Source of the DNA: an uncultured Spirochaetota bacterium
GTDB lineage: Bacteria; Spirochaetota; Brevinematia; Brevinematales; JAOACQ01
Reading direction: 5' to 3'
Assembly: GCA_963835575.1 (NCBI GenBank)
Contig: CAWIGG010000002.1
Location: forward strand, 512,001-576,000
Length of the DNA stretch: 64,000 nucleotides
The translations under genes and the position numbers were made by a program. Shown here piece after piece: positions 10,918-19,497 of this stretch. Numbering within the stretch: position 1 is the first letter of the stretch; every line of letters begins with the position of its first letter. The notes under the pieces were generated by a model that was not told where the DNA came from, searched no databases, and was given only the letters and a program-made list of their open reading frames with translations.

Positions 10918-13900
10918 TTGAAAAAAAATACCTGTTCCTGTATTATTACCTTAAGCTTGCTATTCTTACAAACATTTTGTTTTTCTTTAACAAACATGTC
11001 CAGTTCCTCTCAATTCACTGCATTATCGAACAGTTTATCCAATACAATCAGTCCGGGCTTATCCAATGCTGTCAGTCCGGGAACAAATATAATCTTTATG
11101 TTTTATGATCCTTTTCTGCCTCTGGAGGATATTGAATCGCCGGACGATCTCAAGCTTTCCATAGCCCGCTTGTTTTACCCTGTTGATGATTTACTTTTTG
11201 AAAAGCGGGAACCGAAGTTTGCCTTAAAAAGAACACTTTCAAAAGGATTGAAGCTGTTAACTGAGGAAGATCTAAAACTTTATTCTGAACAGGCTTTTAT
11301 CAGGCAAAATCAGCAGGGCGCGCCGAAAAGGCTTGAATTTTCCGAAGAGGAAAAAAAGCATCTCAGCTTTGGTTTTGAGCAATGGGAAACTAAAGTAATT
11401 GTAAGCGGCGGCATAAATCTGCAGACAGGCTACGGCTGGTCTTTAAAAGATGAGAATTTTCCCAATTCACCCTCCGGTATTCCTCTGGGATTTAATATGA
11501 ATCAGAATATGAGGGTTAATATTGTCGGTAAAATAGGAGAAAGGGTCTCTGTCAATATCAATCATAGTTCCGATAATCCGGATAATGAATATGAAATTGC
11601 GTATAAAGCGCTGGATGCGGATGAAGGGATATTAAGGGAGCTGCGGGCCGGAAATATTTCGCTTAATATTCCCCAATCAAGCTATTTTGTGAAATATGAC
11701 GGAACAAGCAAGGACAGTTATGGTTTAAAAGCCGTTTTTAAAGCAGGGGATGTTGATATACAAACAGTCTTAAGCCTCACAAAAAGCCTGAGAGGGTACA
11801 AAAAATTTATCGGGAACAGACAGGAGCAAAGATTTGAGCTCCAGGATGTGAGTTATGTAAAGAGAAAATATTATCTCCTTCCGGATACTCAGATTGACTA
11901 TGGAAGTCTTGAGCTTCTCTCCTCAACAAGTCTGACAAACCTGGCAACCCGCAGGATTGATTCTCATTATTTTATCCGGTTGATTGAAGGGAAAGATTAT
12001 TTTATTAATAATAATACGGGAGAACTGACACTGACCAATACGCTCGACAGGAATACGGACCTGGTTGTCAAATATACGAGAAGCGGCATGATGTTTACGA
12101 CAAACTCATTGAGTATAGTCGGCCAGGATGATAATACCGGGGAAAAGTTCCTGTACCTCTGGAAAGCGGTGATGAATTTTTCGCCTTATATCCATTACGG
12201 CTATTATTCACTGCCTTACAGAAATTTTGACACAACAAGAGGTTTTTCCCTGACCGTCGTCTATACAGCTGATAAGTCGAAATTATCGGACCTTCAATTC
12301 AGTTCATATGATTATCTCATTTCTTCCTTGAATGGGACCATTCAGTTTAAAAACAAACTCCCTTTTCCAGATCTTAATGGATCAATTTATTCAAATGCGA
12401 ATGATCCTTCCTCAATAGATTCTGTTAATACAATGGTTATTGTTTTATTTAATGAAGTCGGCACTTACCAGCTGGATTTCGGAATAATCGGGGGGACAGA
12501 GCGTGTTTATGTAAACGGCAGGCTCCTTTCACCTTCTGAATATACCCTGGTTTATTCTCTGGGGGAACTTGTTTTTAATAATTCCGCCATTATCAATGAA
12601 AATGATACAATAGAAGTTTATTACGAGTACAAACCCTTCTGGGCCGGTTCGCAGAAATTCAGCATTGCCGCCCGTATGGATTATAAACCTTCAAATATTT
12701 TCAATCTGGGCAGCACGCTTGTTTACAATATAGCTCAGCGTGACGTCGGAGCTCCGCATATTGAGGCAACGCCGGAAGGAGTATTTATGTCGGATCTGGA
12801 CGGGACCCTCAATATTGCTCGGGCTTTAAAGCTTCCCGACGATTTTGAGTTTACCCTGAAAGGGGAATATGCGTTATCGGTCGTGGACCCGAATATTGCC
12901 GGTTATGCCATAATTGAGGATTTTGAAAACTCAGGCGAATCATTCGGTTTTTCTAAAACAGAAAACAACTGGATTCTCTGTTCTCCCTGCACAAATATTC
13001 CGGGCATCTATTATACAAACCGGGGACAGCTTCTTTATAAAGACTACAGGGCGTATAATCTGGACGGGAGTTATTCAATGCTTTATTATTCGGCATATTT
13101 ATCCCCGGATAAAATTAAGGACTATTCATTCAAACCGGGGCCTTATATGACGCTGGGCGGACATCTCAATTCCGCGCTCTATCCGGATGTAAACCAGTCA
13201 TCCCTGGTTTTTGATTATGATTTCCGCCAGGGGGGAGATTGGGTCGGCGCCGTACTTCCTATTGCCGGCTCTTCAGGGATTGATTTAAGCCTGTATAATC
13301 AGATTTCCGTCTGGGCTTACCTTCAGAGTGATAGTGCCGGGGATAATAATTATTCTGATGATACAGGAGCCTCAGTTGATTTATATGTTGTCGCGGGGAC
13401 TTTGAACGAGGATAGCGACGGAGACGGGATTTTAGAAGGAGAAGTTGATCGTTCCCAGCCCGGGTATGATTTTCATAATTATCTCAATAAATCAATTGTG
13501 GAAACAAAAGTCGGAAGAGGGAGGCTTGGGGAAGGGGATGGTTATGAACAATCTGAGGATATAAACCGTAACGGCGTCTTGGACACAAACGAGGATGTGG
13601 TTGTTTTTCCCGGTATAGAAGGTTATACGGATATTACAAATGCTTCGGTTAACGGCGGCGGCTGGCAGAAAATAACAATTAATATTCAGTCGCTGTCGCA
13701 GAGCCAGATCGCGGCGCTTGAACATTCCAGCGCGCTGGCCGTTTATATAAAAAAGAAGAACGGATTAAAGGGCAGGGTAATTATTGATACTTTGGAATTT
13801 AAAAAAGTCAACTGGAATGAAAAAAGAATTGACGGATTCAGTGCCGATGATTCAAAAGTGTTTTCGGCTGAAATCCTCTCGGTATTGAACAATCCTTTTT

Positions 13901-16593
13901 ATTCGGCCAACCGTTTTTATAGAGTACAGTCCGGCGACAGCAGTGTTCAGGCGAGGGCTGATATTTTTGAAAAGCTCCATGGCCCGAAAACAATTGCGGA
14001 AGCCAACCAGTATGATGAAAAAGCCATGGCTCTTATTTATCATCTTTCAAATACAGGTTATGATACCAATTCTTCTTCAGGAGGGACTTCGGCAGTACTT
14101 GTCAAAAGAAATTTAGTCGCATATGATATTTCCCAATACCACTATTTGAATTATTATATTTATATACCGGATACGGATGAAAACGGCGATGCTCTAAAAA
14201 TTACCGGCGATACTTATTCAAATGAAAATTTTATTTTTGTTGTGGGCAGTTCTGACAATAGTTATTATAAATGGCGCATACCGCTGAGCTCTATCGCAAA
14301 AAACAAGTGGATACCGGTACAGATAAAGATATCTGAAGGTCTTTTAATGGAGGTGGATGGGAATCAGATCGGAGGTTATGAAAAGCCGGTATCAGTGGGA
14401 TACCCCAATCTGATTGATGTGAATTTTCTGGAAATCGGTGTTGAGCTTTCATCTACTAATGAACCGGTTAACAACGGTATTATATGGGTTAATGAAATGT
14501 ATACTTCATCAGATGTGAATAAAATAGGAACGGCATATTATATAAATCCGGTAATTGAATATAAAAAACCGCTGTTCAGCGTTGGCGATATTGAAATCCT
14601 TGGTCCTCTTTCGCTTAAAGGCACTTATGAAAACAGGGATTTGAATTTTATATCCGCCGAGGGAGCGACAACAGGAAGCTATAATAATAATTTGAGCATT
14701 GCCTATCTTTCAAGTGTTTTGAAAGATGTCAATTATGGAATATCTATGAGCGAGAATAATCAGGGTACCGCGACAAATATTATTCAGATGCCCCTCTACC
14801 TGCAGTGGAACAGCACAAGGCAGACTTATAACCATTCCATCAGCTACGGCGGCAAAAACTTTATGCCCACTATTTCTCATTCTTTTACCGAAAGCTTTGA
14901 TTACTTGCTTTCCAGGAACTTGGTCAATTCGTCTTCAAATGACAGTATTATCGGCTTATTAAATAATCAGTACTCCAGTTCCGCAAAGCTTGATTTGAGT
15001 CAGAATTTAAATATTTTAAGCCTGTTTGTTATCACTCCCAGGGTCGGCTTTGAAGATTCTTATTATTTAATTGATAATTCCAGCTTTACAAATGAAGAAG
15101 ATAAAAGTTATCTGACAAACAGCGGTGCCTATGGGATGAAAGATTTAAAAAAAACCCTTTTGTCGGGCCTGGGTTTATCAATCTGGGTTCTTAATCTTTC
15201 CGGTGAATATACTCATTCAGAGGAAAAATATGATAAAGTCCTGGATAGCGCGGGGTACAGAAAGGATATAGAAGATTTAAAACAGCTTTCAATGTTTGAG
15301 CGCTATTATCAAAGGCTGAGAAGCGCGTCTGAAGGGTTTTATTTTGTTGATGAAAAATTTGATATGCAGAATTCAGATTCTTACTCGATTATATTTTCAG
15401 GAGATAGACCGGTATCATTGTTCAGCTGGTGGCTCAATGATAAAATTGGAAGGAATGCGCAGGAATATAATTATCAGTCTGACGGAAGCCTGTATTCCCG
15501 TCTGGAAATGTATAATCTGCTGAGCGATTTTAAATTATCCATCTATCCAAAATTTATAATAGACACATTTATTTTCAAGATCAGGAGAACCCTTGGAACC
15601 AGCTATACTTCTGCCGTCCAGTCTATTTATTATACAAATATATTAAACTCATTCGGCCGGATTTATTATGACCAGCCTTTTAATTATTCTGATTTATTCT
15701 CAGGTACAGCCGGAAGGACAAACAGCCTTAATCTGGTAAAAGAATATTCCGCGCCGGATTACAACAGCGTGGTCAATTATAATGATTATCTGGAATTTGA
15801 ATTAAATCTTCCTGAAATGAAAAATGTGCTGGACACATTTGTTCCGAAAAGATATTTCCTATCAACTTCGCTATCCACAAGCAGAAATCTCAGTTCTTAT
15901 TCTCAAAGTCATGAGAATCTATTCTTATTATCTTTTCCCATAAAAATTTCTGAATGGGGAATTAATGATCCGGCTAATCAGGCTTTTAGAATAGGGGATA
16001 TTACAATTGATTTGAGTACCAAAAATGATGTCAATTTTAATGATAGATCGGTTATTAATACAGTCGCTGCCGGGATCAGCGAGCCTTTCTTTTTCAGTAC
16101 AAACGCGAATTTATTAATTAAATACAGTCTGGCGTATAGTTCGGAAGATTATTTGCAGAATGCGGAGGAATTTGAAAAGGATTACGGGTTTACCGTGGAT
16201 GCCACCAATTATTCGCCGATGCAGAAGTACAGCCATACTGCCGGAATCGTTTATAACTGGCTTATTCCCAATGTAAAAGAAGTCAATCTTCTATTATTTA
16301 AAATCAAGCTGGCCGGTTATACAGTCAATAATCAGGAGGGATTGACTTATACAGCGGATTCGATTTCTTATCAGGGATACCGTTTCATCCAATTTACTCA
16401 AAAGATTTATGAAATTACTCTGGACCATAATACACAGTTTCAATTTTCCGATTTTGTAAAAGGCGGTATAATATTAAAAGCTGTTTTTAATCAATATGCG
16501 GAAATCACCCCGCTTGATAATTCGATTAAGACTTCATACTTCAAGCCGGGTTTCGGTTTTCTTGCGGCTATTGACGTGAAGATCACATTTTAA
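10918..16593 (+). CDS. Very large outer-membrane protein resembling SprA/Sov (type IX secretion translocon)
   Basis: Signal peptide MKKNTCSCIITLSLLFLQTFCFS; SprA-like blocks in order (QNMRVNIVGKIGERVSVNI, RELRAGNISL, YGLKAVFKAG, ERVYVNGRLL..EYTLVYSLGELVF, IIEDFE, EDINRNGVLD, GIIWVNEM); beta-strand-rich C-terminus ending in VKITF. Confidence 0.75.
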   Translation: MKKNTCSCIITLSLLFLQTFCFSLTNMSSSSQFTALSNSLSNTISPGLSNAVSPGTNIIFMFYDPFLPLEDIESPDDLKLSIARLFYPVDDLLFEKREPKFALKRTLSKGLKLLTEEDLKLYSEQAFIRQNQQGAPKRLEFSEEEKKHLSFGFEQWETKVIVSGGINLQTGYGWSLKDENFPNSPSGIPLGFNMNQNMRVNIVGKIGERVSVNINHSSDNPDNEYEIAYKALDADEGILRELRAGNISLNIPQSSYFVKYDGTSKDSYGLKAVFKAGDVDIQTVLSLTKSLRGYKKFIGNRQEQRFELQDVSYVKRKYYLLPDTQIDYGSLELLSSTSLTNLATRRIDSHYFIRLIEGKDYFINNNTGELTLTNTLDRNTDLVVKYTRSGMMFTTNSLSIVGQDDNTGEKFLYLWKAVMNFSPYIHYGYYSLPYRNFDTTRGFSLTVVYTADKSKLSDLQFSSYDYLISSLNGTIQFKNKLPFPDLNGSIYSNANDPSSIDSVNTMVIVLFNEVGTYQLDFGIIGGTERVYVNGRLLSPSEYTLVYSLGELVFNNSAIINENDTIEVYYEYKPFWAGSQKFSIAARMDYKPSNIFNLGSTLVYNIAQRDVGAPHIEATPEGVFMSDLDGTLNIARALKLPDDFEFTLKGEYALSVVDPNIAGYAIIEDFENSGESFGFSKTENNWILCSPCTNIPGIYYTNRGQLLYKDYRAYNLDGSYSMLYYSAYLSPDKIKDYSFKPGPYMTLGGHLNSALYPDVNQSSLVFDYDFRQGGDWVGAVLPIAGSSGIDLSLYNQISVWAYLQSDSAGDNNYSDDTGASVDLYVVAGTLNEDSDGDGILEGEVDRSQPGYDFHNYLNKSIVETKVGRGRLGEGDGYEQSEDINRNGVLDTNEDVVVFPGIEGYTDITNASVNGGGWQKITINIQSLSQSQIAALEHSSALAVYIKKKNGLKGRVIIDTLEFKKVNWNEKRIDGFSADDSKVFSAEILSVLNNPFYSANRFYRVQSGDSSVQARADIFEKLHGPKTIAEANQYDEKAMALIYHLSNTGYDTNSSSGGTSAVLVKRNLVAYDISQYHYLNYYIYIPDTDENGDALKITGDTYSNENFIFVVGSSDNSYYKWRIPLSSIAKNKWIPVQIKISEGLLMEVDGNQIGGYEKPVSVGYPNLIDVNFLEIGVELSSTNEPVNNGIIWVNEMYTSSDVNKIGTAYYINPVIEYKKPLFSVGDIEILGPLSLKGTYENRDLNFISAEGATTGSYNNNLSIAYLSSVLKDVNYGISMSENNQGTATNIIQMPLYLQWNSTRQTYNHSISYGGKNFMPTISHSFTESFDYLLSRNLVNSSSNDSIIGLLNNQYSSSAKLDLSQNLNILSLFVITPRVGFEDSYYLIDNSSFTNEEDKSYLTNSGAYGMKDLKKTLLSGLGLSIWVLNLSGEYTHSEEKYDKVLDSAGYRKDIEDLKQLSMFERYYQRLRSASEGFYFVDEKFDMQNSDSYSIIFSGDRPVSLFSWWLNDKIGRNAQEYNYQSDGSLYSRLEMYNLLSDFKLSIYPKFIIDTFIFKIRRTLGTSYTSAVQSIYYTNILNSFGRIYYDQPFNYSDLFSGTAGRTNSLNLVKEYSAPDYNSVVNYNDYLEFELNLPEMKNVLDTFVPKRYFLSTSLSTSRNLSSYSQSHENLFLLSFPIKISEWGINDPANQAFRIGDITIDLSTKNDVNFNDRSVINTVAAGISEPFFFSTNANLLIKYSLAYSSEDYLQNAEEFEKDYGFTVDATNYSPMQKYSHTAGIVYNWLIPNVKEVNLLLFKIKLAGYTVNNQEGLTYTADSISYQGYRFIQFTQKIYEITLDHNTQFQFSDFVKGGIILKAVFNQYAEITPLDNSIKTSYFKPGFGFLAAIDVKITF

Positions 16594-16607
16594 ATGATAT
16601 AAACATT

Positions 16608-16925
16608 TATCACGAATAAATCCGCTTATGCACGCAAACTTGTAGTGAGCCTGCCTATAAAAGCGAAGGGGAATAGAAAATATTAGCCCGCTAATGACGC
16701 TAATTAACGAGAATAATAAAAAGCTGAAGTATATTCAGCACCAAGGACACAAAGCAATGCCCCGAGCCTGCCGAGGGGAAAACCAAGTATAAAAAATTCC
16801 TTCTTGGTGTCCTTAATGACCTAGTGGTGAATAAATTCCCGATTTGCGTGATTCGCGTGAAAGTAAACTCATATAGTTCATAATTCTTTGTGTCTGGAGC
16901 CTGTCCTGAGCGGAAGCGAAGGAAG
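16608..16925. repeat. Cluster of nested imperfect palindromes and short REP-like units between convergent genes
   Basis: CACGCAAA/TTTGCGTG, AAGGACAC/GTGTCCTT and ACCAAG/CTTGGT pairs, plus three GAGCCTGYC...GA(A/G)GG units. Confidence 0.6.
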
Positions 16926-16937
16926 TCTTTTTTTATG

Positions 16938-19475
16938 TTATTCGATATTAACACAGATAATACAGACGTCATCCTGGAAGTCATCGCTCCCATGAAACTC
17001 AACAAGTTTGAGATAAGTTTCAGCCACAAATATATTGGCGGGAGTTTTCTGAAATTTAAGGAAAGTCTCCTGGAGAGAAGCGGACTCAAAATCTTCGTCC
17101 ATATTTTTCTGATTGACAGCTTCAGTCAAACCGTCGGTATAAAGGATCAGCTTGCTTCCCGGTTTAAGAGAAATAGTCTGATTCTGGTAACCCTTCTGCA
17201 TTTTCAGCATTAATTCATTGCTGAGAATTGCGAGGGGAAGGCCCCGCCTGTAGGAGGATATCTGTTCAATCTTATTGTCGCGGATAATATAAGGCATATT
17301 ATGGCCTGCATTGGCATAAATGAATTCTTTAGAGTCGAATTTGTAAATCCCGTAAAAAGCAGTGGCAAAATTATCGCCGGTCTGATTAATCAGGGATTCG
17401 TTCAAAAGCTGCAGGAGAAACGCCGGATTATCCTGAAGCAGGCGCGTCTGAAGGATATTACTTTTAACCATTGATGTGACGAAAGCCGCAGGGACCCCAT
17501 GCCCTGAAACATCACTCACAAAGATTCCCACCCAGTTTTTTTCCCTGAATTCCAGGAAATCAAAAAAATCGCCCCCGATTTTTTCCATGGGTTTATAACA
17601 GAAAGCGATGTTGGGTTTGGGGCTTTTTGCAGGGATAAGCTGGGATTGTATCCGGCGCGCAAGGAGTATATCGTTTTCCATCTCCAGATTTCTTTTTTTT
17701 AACTCATACTGCTCTTCTTCCAATTGCGACATCAGCTGGATCCTTATAAAAGTATTGCAGATGGACTGTGTGAGAAATTCATAAATATTTCCGTATTTTA
17801 AATCAAGTTCATAGACAATATACCCGTACTGGTCTTCCAGATAAAAGAGAGGTGTGGCCATATAGGTATGCCGCCTGTGCTGGTCGTAGTACTCCTGCGG
17901 AATAAAATCGAATGGGCTGACGGGATTATTGTTTATTTTAATGAGTCTTGTGTTTGTTTTGATGTCAAAGGCAAGGGATAGATTGACTTTACCAGGAAAT
18001 TGCCATTTTTGATTTCTTTTATGTCTTATAATATTATCATAAATAAAAACATAACAGGATGTGAGCGTCAATTTGGGAAAGTTTAGAGCGATATTATTAA
18101 ATAATTCTTCCTGTGTGAAGGATGTTTGAAAAGTATTAATGACATCGCGGTTTTTCAATTCAAGCCTTTCTCTCTGGATTCTTTCGGTAATCTGAATACT
18201 GAGCTGAATGTCCTGGATAATATTAAAAGCAGATTGAAAAAGTCGGTCGATTTCCTTTTTCTGCTCAGAAATCTTATTTATATAGCAATAGAGGATATTA
18301 AGGATACCAGGCCAGAATGAAATATTAATTCCCTCTTTCTTCTGGATATTGAGTTTTTTATTAAGCTTTTTTAGAAAAACTGTAATATTATCTTCTGTCA
18401 GATTTTTATCTTCGAGAATAAGAAGCAGGTCATCAAGCAGGTCGCTGACAGAAAATGATTTCGGACCGATAAAATCTGTTAAATCTATAATCTTACGGAT
18501 TTCACTATAGAGTTTTACCCTGTCTGCTTCTTCCCCGCAATGAGATGTTTTTTCTTTTTCATCCGTATTGATGGATCTGAAGATCTCGGCAGAGCTGCTG
18601 AAGCATCCGCAGGAAGAACGGATGAGAAGCGAGGTGGGGAGAATGACTTCCGGCGGGACATCTTTCCCGTTGATAATGTCAAGGGCCAGCTCTACAGCCT
18701 TTTTACCCTGCTGATAGATCGGCTGCTTAATGGTGGTGAGCGGCGGTGATACGATTTCGCAGTCCATAATATTATCGAAACCGATAACAGCCGCTTCATC
18801 CGGCACATCGATGCCGCGGCGGGATAATTCATTAACAGCTTCTATGGCCATAGTGTCGTTCGCGGCGATTAAGCCGTCAAAAAAAGCCTTCCGGTAATCC
18901 AGCAGTTCTTTGACGGCATTGCGTCCTGAGATTTCATCAAAATTACCGGGAACAATAAGATTATCGTCGGCTTTTATTCCATATTTACGCATACTTTCAA
19001 TATAAGCTTTTAACCGGATTTGAGCTTCCTCGTTATTTTCCGGTCCGCTGATAAAGGCTATTTTTTTACGATGGTGCACAGAGACTAAATGTTTAACCGC
19101 CTCTTCAATTCCATTGGAATTATCAACAAGAATGCTGGGAATATTCTTGAGAGGAATTGACAGGCTGATGAGCGGAATGTCCTTGAGATTTTCAATGAAA
19201 GTGTAAAAATTCTCCTTTGTGCTGTAATTGCAGAGCGTTCCGGATGCAATGATCAAAGCATCGAGATAATCGGGGCGCATTAAATCATAAATAACGTTAA
19301 GCTGGTATCCGTAGCTGTAAGGATTATACAGAGCCTCTCCGCGGAATATAATAATATCCGCGTCTTTTTCCTGGGCCATGTCCAGCACGCCCTGCCAGAT
19401 AAGTTTGGGGTATTCTTCATGTAAATTTGTGATCTGCAGGCCAATGGTCGGCCTTCTTTTATTCTGCTTGAACAT
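16938..19475 (-). CDS. LacI-type sugar-binding domain fused to SpoIIE/PP2C phosphatase
   Basis: KIAFISGP, AANDTMA, VIGFDN, PPLTTIKQP, RSSCGC; C-terminal IGGDFFDF, DVSGHGVPAA, YTDGLTEA, QDDV; no HTH or TM segment. Confidence 0.9.
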   Translation of the reverse strand: MFKQNKRRPTIGLQITNLHEEYPKLIWQGVLDMAQEKDADIIIFRGEALYNPYSYGYQLNVIYDLMRPDYLDALIIASGTLCNYSTKENFYTFIENLKDIPLISLSIPLKNIPSILVDNSNGIEEAVKHLVSVHHRKKIAFISGPENNEEAQIRLKAYIESMRKYGIKADDNLIVPGNFDEISGRNAVKELLDYRKAFFDGLIAANDTMAIEAVNELSRRGIDVPDEAAVIGFDNIMDCEIVSPPLTTIKQPIYQQGKKAVELALDIINGKDVPPEVILPTSLLIRSSCGCFSSSAEIFRSINTDEKEKTSHCGEEADRVKLYSEIRKIIDLTDFIGPKSFSVSDLLDDLLLILEDKNLTEDNITVFLKKLNKKLNIQKKEGINISFWPGILNILYCYINKISEQKKEIDRLFQSAFNIIQDIQLSIQITERIQRERLELKNRDVINTFQTSFTQEELFNNIALNFPKLTLTSCYVFIYDNIIRHKRNQKWQFPGKVNLSLAFDIKTNTRLIKINNNPVSPFDFIPQEYYDQHRRHTYMATPLFYLEDQYGYIVYELDLKYGNIYEFLTQSICNTFIRIQLMSQLEEEQYELKKRNLEMENDILLARRIQSQLIPAKSPKPNIAFCYKPMEKIGGDFFDFLEFREKNWVGIFVSDVSGHGVPAAFVTSMVKSNILQTRLLQDNPAFLLQLLNESLINQTGDNFATAFYGIYKFDSKEFIYANAGHNMPYIIRDNKIEQISSYRRGLPLAILSNELMLKMQKGYQNQTISLKPGSKLILYTDGLTEAVNQKNMDEDFESASLQETFLKFQKTPANIFVAETYLKLVEFHGSDDFQDDVCIICVNIE

Positions 19476-19497
19476 TTAAATATTTTAACCTCGAATT

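Noticed and set aside
11035..11081. 24-nt tandem duplication (LSNTISPG / LSNAVSPG) near the start of the SprA-like gene
   Set aside because: Only two imperfect copies in a low-complexity linker; no evidence of function.
16700..17213. ORFs 16700-17089 (-) and 16890-17213 (+)
   Set aside because: They overlap the phosphatase gene and run through the repeat cluster; no protein-like signal.
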